This document shows, piece after piece, positions 29,729 to 39,634 of a stretch of DNA of 64,000 nt; position 1 is the stretch's first letter; the number at the start of each line of letters is the position of its first letter. Source of the stretch: Bacteroidota bacterium (GTDB lineage Bacteria > Bacteroidota > Bacteroidia > Bacteroidales > FEN-979); the NCBI GenBank assembly GCA_037128705.1, contig JBAXVX010000012.1:38122-102121 (forward strand). Direction: 5' to 3'. Both the position numbers and the translations under genes were made by a program. Under the pieces are notes generated by a model, which was not told the DNA's origin, made no database searches, and saw only the letters and a program-made list of their open reading frames with translations.

Positions 29729-31141
29729 ATGCAAAGTATCTACCTCCAATTATTCATCCTGTTGGTCACGATCATTATATTCATCGTGATTATTTATATC
29801 CTCTGGAAGAGAAACAGGCAACTGGCTGAAGCAGTTTCCAGCAAATCCACTGAACTCGACAAGGCATTTGTCCATAATGAAGAACTGAAAGACTCCATTG
29901 AAACGACCGTACAGGAAAGGATCCAGGGCATCAAAGATGAATTTGAAGAGGGTGAAAAATCCGATTTTACCCTGAAACGGGCCTTGAAAAGGTCGGAAGA
30001 ATCCAATTTCATGAAGAATGCCTTTCTCTCCAATATCAGCCATGAAATCAGGACCCCTTTAAATAATATCATCGGTTTCTCAAGCCTTTTGGAGGCAGAA
30101 ATATCCCTGCTTGAAAATAAGGAATTGTTCGATTATGCACGCGCTATTTCAGACAGTGGCGACCGGCTGCTGCATCTTTTGAACAACATCATAGATATCA
30201 GCAAACTGGAGGCGAACGACATGCATATTGTGTTGAAATCATGTGATTTAAACACAATCGTGGCCAATGCGACCCAGCTGTATATTTTCAAAGCAAATGA
30301 ACAAAAACTGAAATTGAATTTAAAAACCAATGAGGTTCCGGCAGCATGCGTTGATGAGAAAGGGCTGACTAAGGTCATCAGTGCTGTTGTTGAAAATGCA
30401 ATAAAATTTACCCAAAACGGCTTCATTAACGTTTCAACCGAATTTATCAGTGAGAAGGATGAGATCTGCATCCGGGTAAAGGATACCGGTGTGGGAATCG
30501 ACCCGTCATACCTGCCATTGATATTCGACCCTTTCAGGCAGGACAGCCTGGGTTATTCAAAAGATTCACAAGGTGCCGGTCTTGGATTACCTCTGTCAAA
30601 AAGCCTCGTTGAACTGATGCGCGGACGCATTGAAATTGAATCTGCGAAAGGGGTAGGAACAACCGTTACCATCTATTTTCCTCCTGAAAAGTCAACCAGG
30701 GAGGATCCTAATAAAAAGGAGACAACACGGAAACAAAAATTCAAATCATTGCAAGGTCTGGAAATTTTCATTGTTGAAGATGACCTGATGAATAAAATTG
30801 TTTTATATGAGATGACGAAAGCCCTTGGAAACGTGGTTACTGCAGTCAATGGAGATGAAACAATGAAGATTATGACGGAAACCTACAATAGCGGAAAGAT
30901 CTTTGATATCATGTTGTTTGATATCAATCTTCCTCCGCCCTGGGACGGAACGCGGCTCATGCAGGAAATTCGAAAAAAATGGAAAGAGTATAAAACTATT
31001 CCGTTCGTGGCACAAACAGCCTATGCCATGGCCGGGGATAAAGAAAAACTTTTGGAATCTGGTTTTGATGATTATATTTCCAAACCGATCAACCAGCAGG
31101 AACTATACTCTATTATAAAAAATCAACTGAATAAATTTTAA
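29729..31141 (+). CDS. Hybrid histidine kinase (single TM, HisKA, HATPase, receiver)
   Basis: [13 protein letters not shown]-box, NAIKFT, DTGVGI, GAGLGL, receiver [10 protein letters not shown]. Confidence 0.93.
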   Translation: MQSIYLQLFILLVTIIIFIVIIYILWKRNRQLAEAVSSKSTELDKAFVHNEELKDSIETTVQERIQGIKDEFEEGEKSDFTLKRALKRSEESNFMKNAFLSNISHEIRTPLNNIIGFSSLLEAEISLLENKELFDYARAISDSGDRLLHLLNNIIDISKLEANDMHIVLKSCDLNTIVANATQLYIFKANEQKLKLNLKTNEVPAACVDEKGLTKVISAVVENAIKFTQNGFINVSTEFISEKDEICIRVKDTGVGIDPSYLPLIFDPFRQDSLGYSKDSQGAGLGLPLSKSLVELMRGRIEIESAKGVGTTVTIYFPPEKSTREDPNKKETTRKQKFKSLQGLEIFIVEDDLMNKIVLYEMTKALGNVVTAVNGDETMKIMTETYNSGKIFDIMLFDINLPPPWDGTRLMQEIRKKWKEYKTIPFVAQTAYAMAGDKEKLLESGFDDYISKPINQQELYSIIKNQLNKF

Positions 31142-31142
31142 A

Positions 31143-32435
31143 ATGGAAGAATCACAAGGGAATAAAGAAGGGTTTGTTTCGAAAGAAGAGCATGAAAAGG
31201 TGCGCAATGCCCTTCTGAAAGCTAAACAGGAAGCGGAGAATGCCAATAAATCAAAAACCATGTTCCTGGCGAATATGAGTCACGAAATTCGGACTCCTAT
31301 GAACAGCATCATCGGGATTTACAATGTACTGAGCCAGACCGAGCTTTCAAGCGAGCAACGTGAATTTCTGGAGATCATAAACATTTCAAGTGTTAACTTA
31401 CTCACGATAATAAACGATATTCTGGATTTATCGAAGATTGAAGCTGGTCAGCTGAAACTGGATAAAAAGCCCTTCTTTCTTCAGGAAGAGATCCACCAGG
31501 TGATCAAACTATTATCCATCAAAGCCAAAGGAAAAGGAATTGATCTGTATTCCAAGATCCAGTCAACAGTACCCAACTGTGTTATTGGTGATCCCGTAAG
31601 ATTAAAGCAGATCCTGATCAATCTCACCAACAATGCAATAAAATTTACAAATGAAGGACAGGTGGTCGTCTCTGTTGAAACCATGCCAATAAAGGGGATC
31701 AACCTCAGCGACTTTATCGAATTTGCTCCGGAAAACCTGAAAACCGGTGCCGATTTGGGGCCAGAGGAGGTATTGTTAAAATTCGAAGTGGTTGATACCG
31801 GAATTGGTATTTCTGATGAAGATCAACAGACTTTGTTTAATGATTTTGCTCAGCTTGAGAATTCGGTTGTCAAGCAATTCGAAGGGACAGGTTTAGGTTT
31901 GTCCATTTCCAAGAATCTCACCAGGATGATGAATGGGAGAATCGGGTTACACAGTGAAAAGGGGAAAGGATCGACTTTTTGGTTTACCATTGTTTTTGAA
32001 AAGGGAGATGAAGAGCAGCTTACCCGTGAGCGTATTGGCATTACCGCTCAGAAAAAAATCCTCCCCCCTCTTTCTATTCTGCTCGTTGAAGACAACCTGT
32101 TAAATCAAAAATTTGCGATGACCAGTCTTCAACGGGCCGGTCACCATGTTGAACTCGCAGAAAACGGAAAATTAGCCGTTGAAAAATTTAAGAATGCCTC
32201 GTATGACCTGATCCTGATGGATATTGCCATGCCAATTATGGACGGTATTGAAGCAACCCGCGTGATTCGTGATCTGGAAAAAGGGGACAGGCGAATAAAA
32301 ATTGTTGCTGTAACGGCCCATGTGATGGTTACCGACCGTGAAAAGTGTTTAGCAGCAGGGATGGACGAATATATTTCAAAACCTTATCGTCCCCATGAAT
32401 TGATCTCAATAATCGAAAGCCTTGACTGGGACTAA
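31143..32435 (+). CDS. Cytoplasmic hybrid histidine kinase with no sensor domain
   Basis: [12 protein letters not shown] about 45 aa from the N-terminus, NAIKFT, DTGIGI, GTGLGL, receiver [10 protein letters not shown]. Confidence 0.94.
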   Translation: MEESQGNKEGFVSKEEHEKVRNALLKAKQEAENANKSKTMFLANMSHEIRTPMNSIIGIYNVLSQTELSSEQREFLEIINISSVNLLTIINDILDLSKIEAGQLKLDKKPFFLQEEIHQVIKLLSIKAKGKGIDLYSKIQSTVPNCVIGDPVRLKQILINLTNNAIKFTNEGQVVVSVETMPIKGINLSDFIEFAPENLKTGADLGPEEVLLKFEVVDTGIGISDEDQQTLFNDFAQLENSVVKQFEGTGLGLSISKNLTRMMNGRIGLHSEKGKGSTFWFTIVFEKGDEEQLTRERIGITAQKKILPPLSILLVEDNLLNQKFAMTSLQRAGHHVELAENGKLAVEKFKNASYDLILMDIAMPIMDGIEATRVIRDLEKGDRRIKIVAVTAHVMVTDREKCLAAGMDEYISKPYRPHELISIIESLDWD

Positions 32436-32459
32436 TGAAATCTTAAAATACTGAGATCA

Positions 32460-35400
32460 TCATATTTTAATGAATTTATAATCAACCTGCTTCTCCCCTT
32501 TTGATATTCTGAGAAAGTAGGTACCTCTTGGAAGTCCGGATAAAGGAATATGGTTTGATATATTCTCAAGGATCATTTGCCTTAAAGCCATCCCATTCAT
32601 ATTCAGAATCTGGATCATCAGCCAATCTGCTTTGTTTGACTTCTGCTTAACTATTATTTCATCAGAGGCAGGGTTCGGATAGATTGAAAACTGTTTGATT
32701 AATTCTTTATCCTGAATTCCGGAACAGGTTATAAAATCTATGTATGCGGTATCCCTGTCCACACAACCATTCTTGGTCACGTAAACCCAAATTTCATAAA
32801 CCCCCAGACCATGTCCGACAGAATCAACCGTTGTGGTGGGTTCAACGGAACCATTTGACCATTGATAGTTGTCAAAACCGGTTCCTGCGTTCAGGGTAAT
32901 GGAATTTCCGGCGCACAACAGTGAATCAGGAAGCTTTTTGATAACAGGTAGAGGATGAACAATGACCTTGACCGTATCAGTACTGCCACATCCGGTTGAA
33001 TTGATATAGGTGTACCAAACCACATTGAGACCGGTATCGGCTTTATCCGGAAAAAATTGCTCACCAACCAACCCTGGTGAAGTTGAGCCCAAAGTTCCGC
33101 CGGCCGGAGTACCATTCAAGGTTGCAACCCAGTCATTGGTGCAGTAAGACGGCAATAAACCATACAGGTGGGCGACCGGGAACTGAATGACAGTGATCAG
33201 GGTACTGTCGCTGGCAGTGCATCCATACGTATTGGTCACAGCGACCGTATAATATCGGGTCGCAGTGGGTGCAACGGTAATCGAGGCCAGTGTATCGCCC
33301 GGGTTTCCGGTATTCCATTTAAAATGAGGGCCGTCTTTTGCGGTCAGTTTTACACTTTTGCCGGCGCAAATGGAAGTATCAGGGGGTAACCCCGGGATCG
33401 GAAAAGGATGCCGTACAAGAATGATACTGTCCCTGTTCACGTTTCCAAGCGGATTAATGCAGGTGATAATATATTTGGTCGTGGTATCGGGTGCAACAAT
33501 CGGATTAAAAATTGTGGAATCTGAAATAGACGAATCGTATGGTATTGATTTCCAAATTATTATATCATTATCAAGGGTATCGAGTAACGAAAGCATGATG
33601 GGAACCCCGCTGCAGGCAGAAGGAATGGGTGCTGAGGTAAACTTCATAAAGCAACTGTCCCTGAGTCCATCGGGTGCATGGGCCACCAGATAAGCACTAT
33701 CCTTTCCGCTCCAGAATGAAACAGGTTTCATGACCTTCAGGATCATTCCGGGCAATATGGTTAAATTAACAGAATGGTTCCCTTGAATGGTCCAGTTTAT
33801 CGACGAAGGGGAATAAAGAGAACTGATGACCAGGGTATTTAAATCGACAGAGGCAAATGGTTCATTGGCAACTATTTTTTGCTCAGGATACTGGTTTTGT
33901 TTCAGGAAACCTGCTGAGCGAAGGGCCATTCCACTAATCATCACAGTATCCGGATTTTGGCCCTCATTTTTTATCAGAATATTAACCAGGGATGCGGATT
34001 CAGGGACCTGAACGATAAGTTGTTTGTAAACCCAGTTGTTTGTATCAACCTGAATTTCAAGTATTTGCTTTATCCCTGATTCGGGAAAGGTGAAGTCAAT
34101 CAGAACCTTGCTTGTATCATGGGCTGTTCTCCTGACCCAGATGGAAAATTTATTGGAGCCTTTTTCCAGTCCTCCAAGTCCACTAATCTGACAGATATCA
34201 CCAGCTCCGGGGATAATGAAGCATCGTCCTCCGCTTTCATCAACACCGCCGTATGTCTGAAATATCCCGCCAAAGGTTGTATCCTGATCAAAACCGTCGG
34301 GGAACGCATCATTATCAAGATCAACATTGAGTTTCGGAAATATGTTAACAACCCTTGATGGAATGCTGTCATACACCAGGCTGCTCCATTCACCATACGT
34401 TTTTACCGGGATGTTGCTTGCATCACACCAGGTCAGAAGGCTGTCGACCCGTTGGAGGTAAGAGGTCCAATTGCCCTGAACCTGTGATAAATAGGACACA
34501 TCTACTTTTACAAAATGTTTAGCGAAGGAATTTGCAATTCTCGACAAATTCCATTTAAAATCATGATTTTCAATGGAAATATCTCCGGATTGTAACGAAA
34601 ATTGTTTTATTTTACTGGTATTCACTTCATTATAACAAAAATATGCGGAGTTAATGAAATTAGATCCGGTCGTAAAATGCAATGAATCACCCATTTTCGA
34701 TTTAATGTCGTAGGCATTAAGCCATGGCATCTGTCCTACCGGGTGAATCCAGGTAACCGGGCGCGGAATGGTCAGGTCATCAAATAATTTCAATGAGCGC
34801 ACACCCAGTAACTGGATGGAGTAGGGATTCATTTTAACATCCCTCGGCGTCAGTTTGTGATAACTTGCCCACCATAAGGTACCGAGGTCCTTCGGTTCAC
34901 CCCAAAAGGATTTCAATTTCAGTGTATCCGGATCATTGGGATTTTTATTCTGCAAATCATACCAGAGATAGACCTTCTTTTTTGAACTTATATAAAATGC
35001 AAAGTAATACGGATCGCCGTTCAGGTTGGCAAATTCACCAGGGTTTACACTGATAACCTGATTCCCTGAAATATTCAACTGTCCCTCGCCGTGACCATAG
35101 GTAGTATCAACCGAGGTGTACTTCAAGCAAACCTGTGGGCCATTGAAATGATCGACACCCCAGTTGTTTGAATAAAGGGAGGTATCCTGAACATTGAGCA
35201 AAGTAAAATATTGTGTTTGATGTGTCGGTGTATTATCCATCACCTCATGCCCCATGGCAATGAACTCTTTGAGTCGTGTGACATAGGGAGGTGACGCTGG
35301 AAGGGTCCAGGAGGTAATGGCAAGGCAGAAATTTTTGTTGTGCCGGTTGAATACGGAATCAAACTGATTCAATTTTGTTAACGATGGATTATCATCAACC

Positions 35401-35546
35401 CTGAAACACAATCCTCCTGTTTTTGTGCTGTTCTGGCTTAGGGCCGAAAGGTGGCAAATGATCAGGAGAAGGATAATCAGCCCGGGCCTCTTACCTGCCT
35501 GATCTTTATGCAGACCACAGAAATTGCTTATCAGATTATCTGGCAT
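32460..35546 (-). CDS. Large secreted protein with an N-terminal NodB/CE4-like region, Ig-like repeats and T9SS type A CTD
   Basis: Signal peptide ending LSQ, GLCFRVDDN and GHEVMDNTPTH, C-x-G beta-sandwich repeats, IYPNPASD...GTYFLRI...KFIKI. Start uncertain (ATG at 35546 used). Confidence 0.7.
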   Translation of the reverse strand: MPDNLISNFCGLHKDQAGKRPGLIILLLIICHLSALSQNSTKTGGLCFRVDDNPSLTKLNQFDSVFNRHNKNFCLAITSWTLPASPPYVTRLKEFIAMGHEVMDNTPTHQTQYFTLLNVQDTSLYSNNWGVDHFNGPQVCLKYTSVDTTYGHGEGQLNISGNQVISVNPGEFANLNGDPYYFAFYISSKKKVYLWYDLQNKNPNDPDTLKLKSFWGEPKDLGTLWWASYHKLTPRDVKMNPYSIQLLGVRSLKLFDDLTIPRPVTWIHPVGQMPWLNAYDIKSKMGDSLHFTTGSNFINSAYFCYNEVNTSKIKQFSLQSGDISIENHDFKWNLSRIANSFAKHFVKVDVSYLSQVQGNWTSYLQRVDSLLTWCDASNIPVKTYGEWSSLVYDSIPSRVVNIFPKLNVDLDNDAFPDGFDQDTTFGGIFQTYGGVDESGGRCFIIPGAGDICQISGLGGLEKGSNKFSIWVRRTAHDTSKVLIDFTFPESGIKQILEIQVDTNNWVYKQLIVQVPESASLVNILIKNEGQNPDTVMISGMALRSAGFLKQNQYPEQKIVANEPFASVDLNTLVISSLYSPSSINWTIQGNHSVNLTILPGMILKVMKPVSFWSGKDSAYLVAHAPDGLRDSCFMKFTSAPIPSACSGVPIMLSLLDTLDNDIIIWKSIPYDSSISDSTIFNPIVAPDTTTKYIITCINPLGNVNRDSIILVRHPFPIPGLPPDTSICAGKSVKLTAKDGPHFKWNTGNPGDTLASITVAPTATRYYTVAVTNTYGCTASDSTLITVIQFPVAHLYGLLPSYCTNDWVATLNGTPAGGTLGSTSPGLVGEQFFPDKADTGLNVVWYTYINSTGCGSTDTVKVIVHPLPVIKKLPDSLLCAGNSITLNAGTGFDNYQWSNGSVEPTTTVDSVGHGLGVYEIWVYVTKNGCVDRDTAYIDFITCSGIQDKELIKQFSIYPNPASDEIIVKQKSNKADWLMIQILNMNGMALRQMILENISNHIPLSGLPRGTYFLRISKGEKQVDYKFIKI

Positions 35547-36471
35547 AGTCTTTAATTTGTAAGACCTTTTTAGGCTTTGCTGTTCCTCCAAGGCGATATC
35601 CCAATGTCACTTCATGATTCCCGCCACTCGCTCCCACCATTGAAGAACCCAGGAATTCGTAAGTATAATTAATATCTACACAGTTTATTATTTCCAATCC
35701 GGCATTCACCCCAATCACACTGGGTTTCCTGTATAACATACCAAGCCAGTAACTGTCTTTGAATTTTACAACTGCGCTCACCTCAATGGTCCAAGGAACT
35801 TGCTGGACATACCTGTACAGGAGATCAAATTTCAATTTCCAGTCCTCATTCAACACAAGGGTATAGTTTGAGTATATCAGGAAATTCCTGCTCATGGTAA
35901 GAACATTCTGATAAGGCGATTCCACGTAAAATGAACGGTTATTAAAAAGCATTGGAAAGGCAATGCTAAAATTAAAATCCCGGAAAGTATATAAAAGACT
36001 GGCGCCAACATTAAAATAGGATTCGGTTCTGTTGGTTTGGTTGATCAGCATGGGGTCGGTCGGATCTTTGACAATAATAGAGGAGAGATCCATTGAATTC
36101 TGATACATCGCTGCGCTGATGCCAAAACTGAGGAAATGTAATTTGGCAAGTTGCAAATGGTAGGCATAATGGAGGTTGACCGAGAAATTTTTATAAATTC
36201 CCGCTTTATTCATGATCAAACTGCCGCCAACGCCCATTTTTTTTCCGATGGCCCCGTCAATATTAACATTCCCGATTATCGGAGAACCGTCGAGCCTGGG
36301 TTCCTGTGACCGGTGAGTGACATATGCCTGGAAAACATTGTATTTGCCTGAAAATGCAGTGGAAATAGAGGCTGGATTTAAAAGGTAGTTGTCAAGAACA
36401 GGAAGCTGCTGAGCCTGTACTGAAGAGCACAAAGAAAGGAAGAAGAATAACCTGAATATGATTTTTCTCAT
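35536..36471 (-). CDS. PorP/SprF family T9SS outer membrane protein
   Basis: AQQLP...YLLNPA, YAYHLQL and GNHEVTLGY motifs; directly follows a type B CTD protein. Confidence 0.9.
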   Translation of the reverse strand: MRKIIFRLFFFLSLCSSVQAQQLPVLDNYLLNPASISTAFSGKYNVFQAYVTHRSQEPRLDGSPIIGNVNIDGAIGKKMGVGGSLIMNKAGIYKNFSVNLHYAYHLQLAKLHFLSFGISAAMYQNSMDLSSIIVKDPTDPMLINQTNRTESYFNVGASLLYTFRDFNFSIAFPMLFNNRSFYVESPYQNVLTMSRNFLIYSNYTLVLNEDWKLKFDLLYRYVQQVPWTIEVSAVVKFKDSYWLGMLYRKPSVIGVNAGLEIINCVDINYTYEFLGSSMVGASGGNHEVTLGYRLGGTAKPKKVLQIKDYAR

Positions 36472-37529
36472 TTCAGAATATTTACAGTGCCTTGCAACAG
36501 GATATCATCGAAACACCTTACAAAATAATAATAGGTGTCATTTGCCAGTGCTTGACCTTTATAGGTACCGTCCCATTCATTCCCATAAACAGAATTTGAG
36601 AAAATCTTCTCCCCCGACCGGCTGTAAACGGTTGCATCACAGGGGCCAACAGAGAGCAGGTTCAGAATCTCCCATCGGTCGTTCATGCCATCCCCATTTG
36701 GAGTGAACAGGGTCATGATCATGGGAGCTTTTCCATACTTATTTACCTGGATTGTGAAATTTTTCATTGCGGAACACCCGCCTGAATAGGCTTTCACCCA
36801 ATAACTGCCTTTGGTTTTGATTACAATGGAACTTGCAGTTGAACCTGTTGACCAGCGGATGCTGTCATACGTTCCCTGAACATAGGCAATGACGCTGTCG
36901 CCTACGAGGAAGATGGTGTCTCCACTGAATCTTAAGTCAATGGTTACCGCTGCCCCAATGGTTACATAGTGGGTTAGCGAATCAATGCAACCATATTGAG
37001 TATAATTCCGGAGTTTAACGTTATAAGCTCTTGCCGAGTCGAATACATGAACAGGATTCTGTTCGTACGACGGATCAGTGCCATCACCAAATTCCCAAAT
37101 GTGCGCAATGATATAATCGCCGGTAACTTTTGACTTATCAACAAATTGTAATTGCTGACCAATGCAGCCATTTGGAGCAGTAAAATCCACCACCAGTTCC
37201 CCAACAGATACAAGCTTATAAATGGCTTTGGATTCTCCCCCCGATGTCAATACCTTCAGCCCTACATCGTGTGATCCCGGAGTAAACAGGTGGTTTACAA
37301 CTTCACCCGTGGCATCATCAAATTTTCCGTCTCCATTCAGATCCCACAATTGTAAAATAATGCTGTCGCCTGATACAACTGCCAAACTCGTAAGGGTTGT
37401 CACATTACCGGAACAAACAGAGGGTGCATTAAAATCGACAATCAACGTACCCCCGGAGTCTGGCAATGCAACAACCCGTACTGTAACAAAAAGAAAAGAA
37501 ATGAAAACAAATGAAAGCAGGCTTTTCAA
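36468..37529 (-). CDS. PKD-domain protein with gliding-motility-associated (T9SS type B) CTD
   Basis: WDLNGDG and WEFGDG PKD motifs; FTPNGDGMNDRW...YSRSGE...WDGT...TYYY. Confidence 0.9.
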   Translation of the reverse strand: MKSLLSFVFISFLFVTVRVVALPDSGGTLIVDFNAPSVCSGNVTTLTSLAVVSGDSIILQLWDLNGDGKFDDATGEVVNHLFTPGSHDVGLKVLTSGGESKAIYKLVSVGELVVDFTAPNGCIGQQLQFVDKSKVTGDYIIAHIWEFGDGTDPSYEQNPVHVFDSARAYNVKLRNYTQYGCIDSLTHYVTIGAAVTIDLRFSGDTIFLVGDSVIAYVQGTYDSIRWSTGSTASSIVIKTKGSYWVKAYSGGCSAMKNFTIQVNKYGKAPMIMTLFTPNGDGMNDRWEILNLLSVGPCDATVYSRSGEKIFSNSVYGNEWDGTYKGQALANDTYYYFVRCFDDILLQGTVNILK

Positions 37530-37548
37530 TTGTCAGTGTTTAAATTTA

Positions 37549-38856
37549 TTATTTAACATCAAGTAATTCGACATCGAACACAAGGGTGGAAAAGGGAGGA
37601 ATTGTTCCCATATCACGATCGCCATAGGCAATGTTTGAAGGGATAACCATGATGGCTTTACCACCAACATTCATTAAAGCAATTCCTTCATCCCAGCCTT
37701 TGATCACCTGTCCCTTGCCCAGTGTAAATTCGAAGGGTTCATTGCGGTCGCGCGATGAATCAAATTTAGTTCCATTCAGCAGGGTTCCGGTATAATGAAC
37801 TTTCACCTTTTTGCCTGCAACTGCTTTCGCTCCGGTTCCTTTAACTTTTTCAACATAGATTAAACCACTGGGTGTTGGCTGTGCAGTGATATTTTTATCC
37901 TTCAGGTATTTTTTCATTAGGGTTCCCTCCTGCTGTTTATTAGTTTCGCTTTTTAGTTCCGTCTTTTTTTTTTCAGTTGCCTGCTGCTTATCATGATCGG
38001 CCTTTGACTGAACATCAATGATCTCCAGATCATAAACGATTGTGGAATAAGGCGGTACCATAGCACCCCGGCCCATTTCGCCAAATGCGATTTTTGAAGG
38101 AACAACGAGTGTAGCCTTGCCGCCTTTCAGCATTTTGCTAACACCTTCTTCGAACCCGGGGGTGTCAAAGCGCTTGCCGTATTCAAACTGCATGGGTTCG
38201 CCGCGATCGTATGAGGAGAAAATTTGTTTTCCATCAATGAGCGACACTTTGAATTGAGCTTTTATCCAGCAACCTGAATCAACTTTCATTCCTTTACCCT
38301 GCACGGATTCAATGAAGTACAATCCCGAAGGTGCAGGTGTAACGGTAATTTTTTTCTCCTCGATATACTTCTTCAACGCATCTTCTTCTTTCTTCATCAT
38401 TGAAGCCGGAGAATCGACTGAAAGTAAAGAAATGTAAAAATGAATTACACTGTTACTGTCGATAAACGGAGGACGTTTGGGCTGACGAAAAGTCTTCGTA
38501 AAAAGTGAATCAGCATTTACAATGAAATCGGCACTGTCGCCTGGCGATAACATACGAATTCCTTCATAAATATCCCCTTTAAACTCTGATGCCGGCAATT
38601 GAAAGCGGATGGGATTTCCCATGGCAGCTTTGCTGTTAAATAAAATCGAATCTTTATAAGCATAACGCATGGTCAGCGATACCCAATCTCCAACTTTGGC
38701 CTTGACGGTATCCTTACTAACCTTAAACAACTTGTAATATAACCCAGTATCCGTTTTGTCATAACCGGCATACTTAGATGAACAAGCCAACATAGTCAAT
38801 GCAACCAACATCACAATGACCAACGGATTCACAACCACTTTTTTCATACTTTGCAT
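37549..38856 (-). CDS. FKBP-type peptidyl-prolyl isomerase lipoprotein with three FKBP-like domains
   Basis: LAC lipobox; three (S/T)GLxY-initiated repeats; last domain canonical (VHYTGTLLNGTKFDSS...VIKGWDEG...AYG). Start is 38856 or 38847. Confidence 0.9.
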   Translation of the reverse strand: MQSMKKVVVNPLVIVMLVALTMLACSSKYAGYDKTDTGLYYKLFKVSKDTVKAKVGDWVSLTMRYAYKDSILFNSKAAMGNPIRFQLPASEFKGDIYEGIRMLSPGDSADFIVNADSLFTKTFRQPKRPPFIDSNSVIHFYISLLSVDSPASMMKKEEDALKKYIEEKKITVTPAPSGLYFIESVQGKGMKVDSGCWIKAQFKVSLIDGKQIFSSYDRGEPMQFEYGKRFDTPGFEEGVSKMLKGGKATLVVPSKIAFGEMGRGAMVPPYSTIVYDLEIIDVQSKADHDKQQATEKKKTELKSETNKQQEGTLMKKYLKDKNITAQPTPSGLIYVEKVKGTGAKAVAGKKVKVHYTGTLLNGTKFDSSRDRNEPFEFTLGKGQVIKGWDEGIALMNVGGKAIMVIPSNIAYGDRDMGTIPPFSTLVFDVELLDVK

Positions 38857-39019
38857 TTTAAACTTTAGGTTAATATTTGATTGATTAAATGATAATAATG
38901 ATGCAATACCCATCGATTCAAGGCATTGCATCAAATAAAATACTAAAGATGTGCAATCATCGGCACATCTCTTTGACCACCTCAAGATAGTAAAGTCCTG
39001 CCTTGGTGTTCATCCTGAA

Positions 39020-39027
39020 CAAATTTA
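39020..39027 (-). promoter_or_regulatory. Putative -7 promoter element for the triple-FKBP gene
   Basis: CAAATTTA on plus strand = TAAATTTG on minus strand. Confidence 0.45.
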
Positions 39028-39069
39028 TTTTTTCAACATTTTTTGAACTGATACATTGATCTGATTCCT

Positions 39070-39633
39070 TCATTTATTTGCCCGTTTTACACCCAGCAAT
39101 TCTATGTCATAAACCAGGATTGCCCTTGGGGGAACCCTGTCCTGGTCTCCAGCCAGTCCGAAAGCAAGATAAGACGGAACAACGAGTTTAGCACGCTCCC
39201 CCGGCTTCATCAAGATTACGCCTTCCTCGAGTCCATTGGGAACTCTTCTTTTCCCAATTTCAAATTCAAAAGGGGCCAATGAGTCAGATTTATAAACCAG
39301 ATCACCATTTAAAAGTCGAACGCTGTAATTGATCCTGGCCAATTCTCCTTTTTTTGCACTGGCACCCTTCCCTGTTGTATATATCATGTATCGCAACCCG
39401 GTTGTGGTTGTGCTCATCTTCCATTGATACCGGTCTATAAAATCCTCTATTTCCCGGCTCTCCTCCTGAACGATCCGTTGGTTATATTGAATTAATGAAT
39501 CATTCATCATACCTATGGTTTGTTTGGTTTCCGGCCGCTCTTTTGATTCATTGCACGAGAGAAATACAAATAGAATCAGGGAAAAAATCACCAGGAACCG
39601 GATCCGTAAAAAGATGTGATTCTTTGCTTCCAA
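39070..39633 (-). CDS. FKBP-type PPIase lipoprotein (GldI-like)
   Basis: FLSC lipobox, TTGLRY, GLEEGV, LAFGLAGD...PP; position downstream of a DHH gene. Confidence 0.82.
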   Translation of the reverse strand: MEAKNHIFLRIRFLVIFSLILFVFLSCNESKERPETKQTIGMMNDSLIQYNQRIVQEESREIEDFIDRYQWKMSTTTTGLRYMIYTTGKGASAKKGELARINYSVRLLNGDLVYKSDSLAPFEFEIGKRRVPNGLEEGVILMKPGERAKLVVPSYLAFGLAGDQDRVPPRAILVYDIELLGVKRANK

Positions 39634-39634
39634 A

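Noticed and set aside
35536-37529. Type B CTD protein next to a PorP/SprF gene
   Set aside because: An established T9SS pairing (SprB/SprF type); annotated as features, not novel.
38857-38985. 43-aa N-terminal extension of the triple-FKBP ORF
   Set aside because: The lipoprotein signal peptide begins at 38856/38847; the upstream part is better explained as a structured leader.
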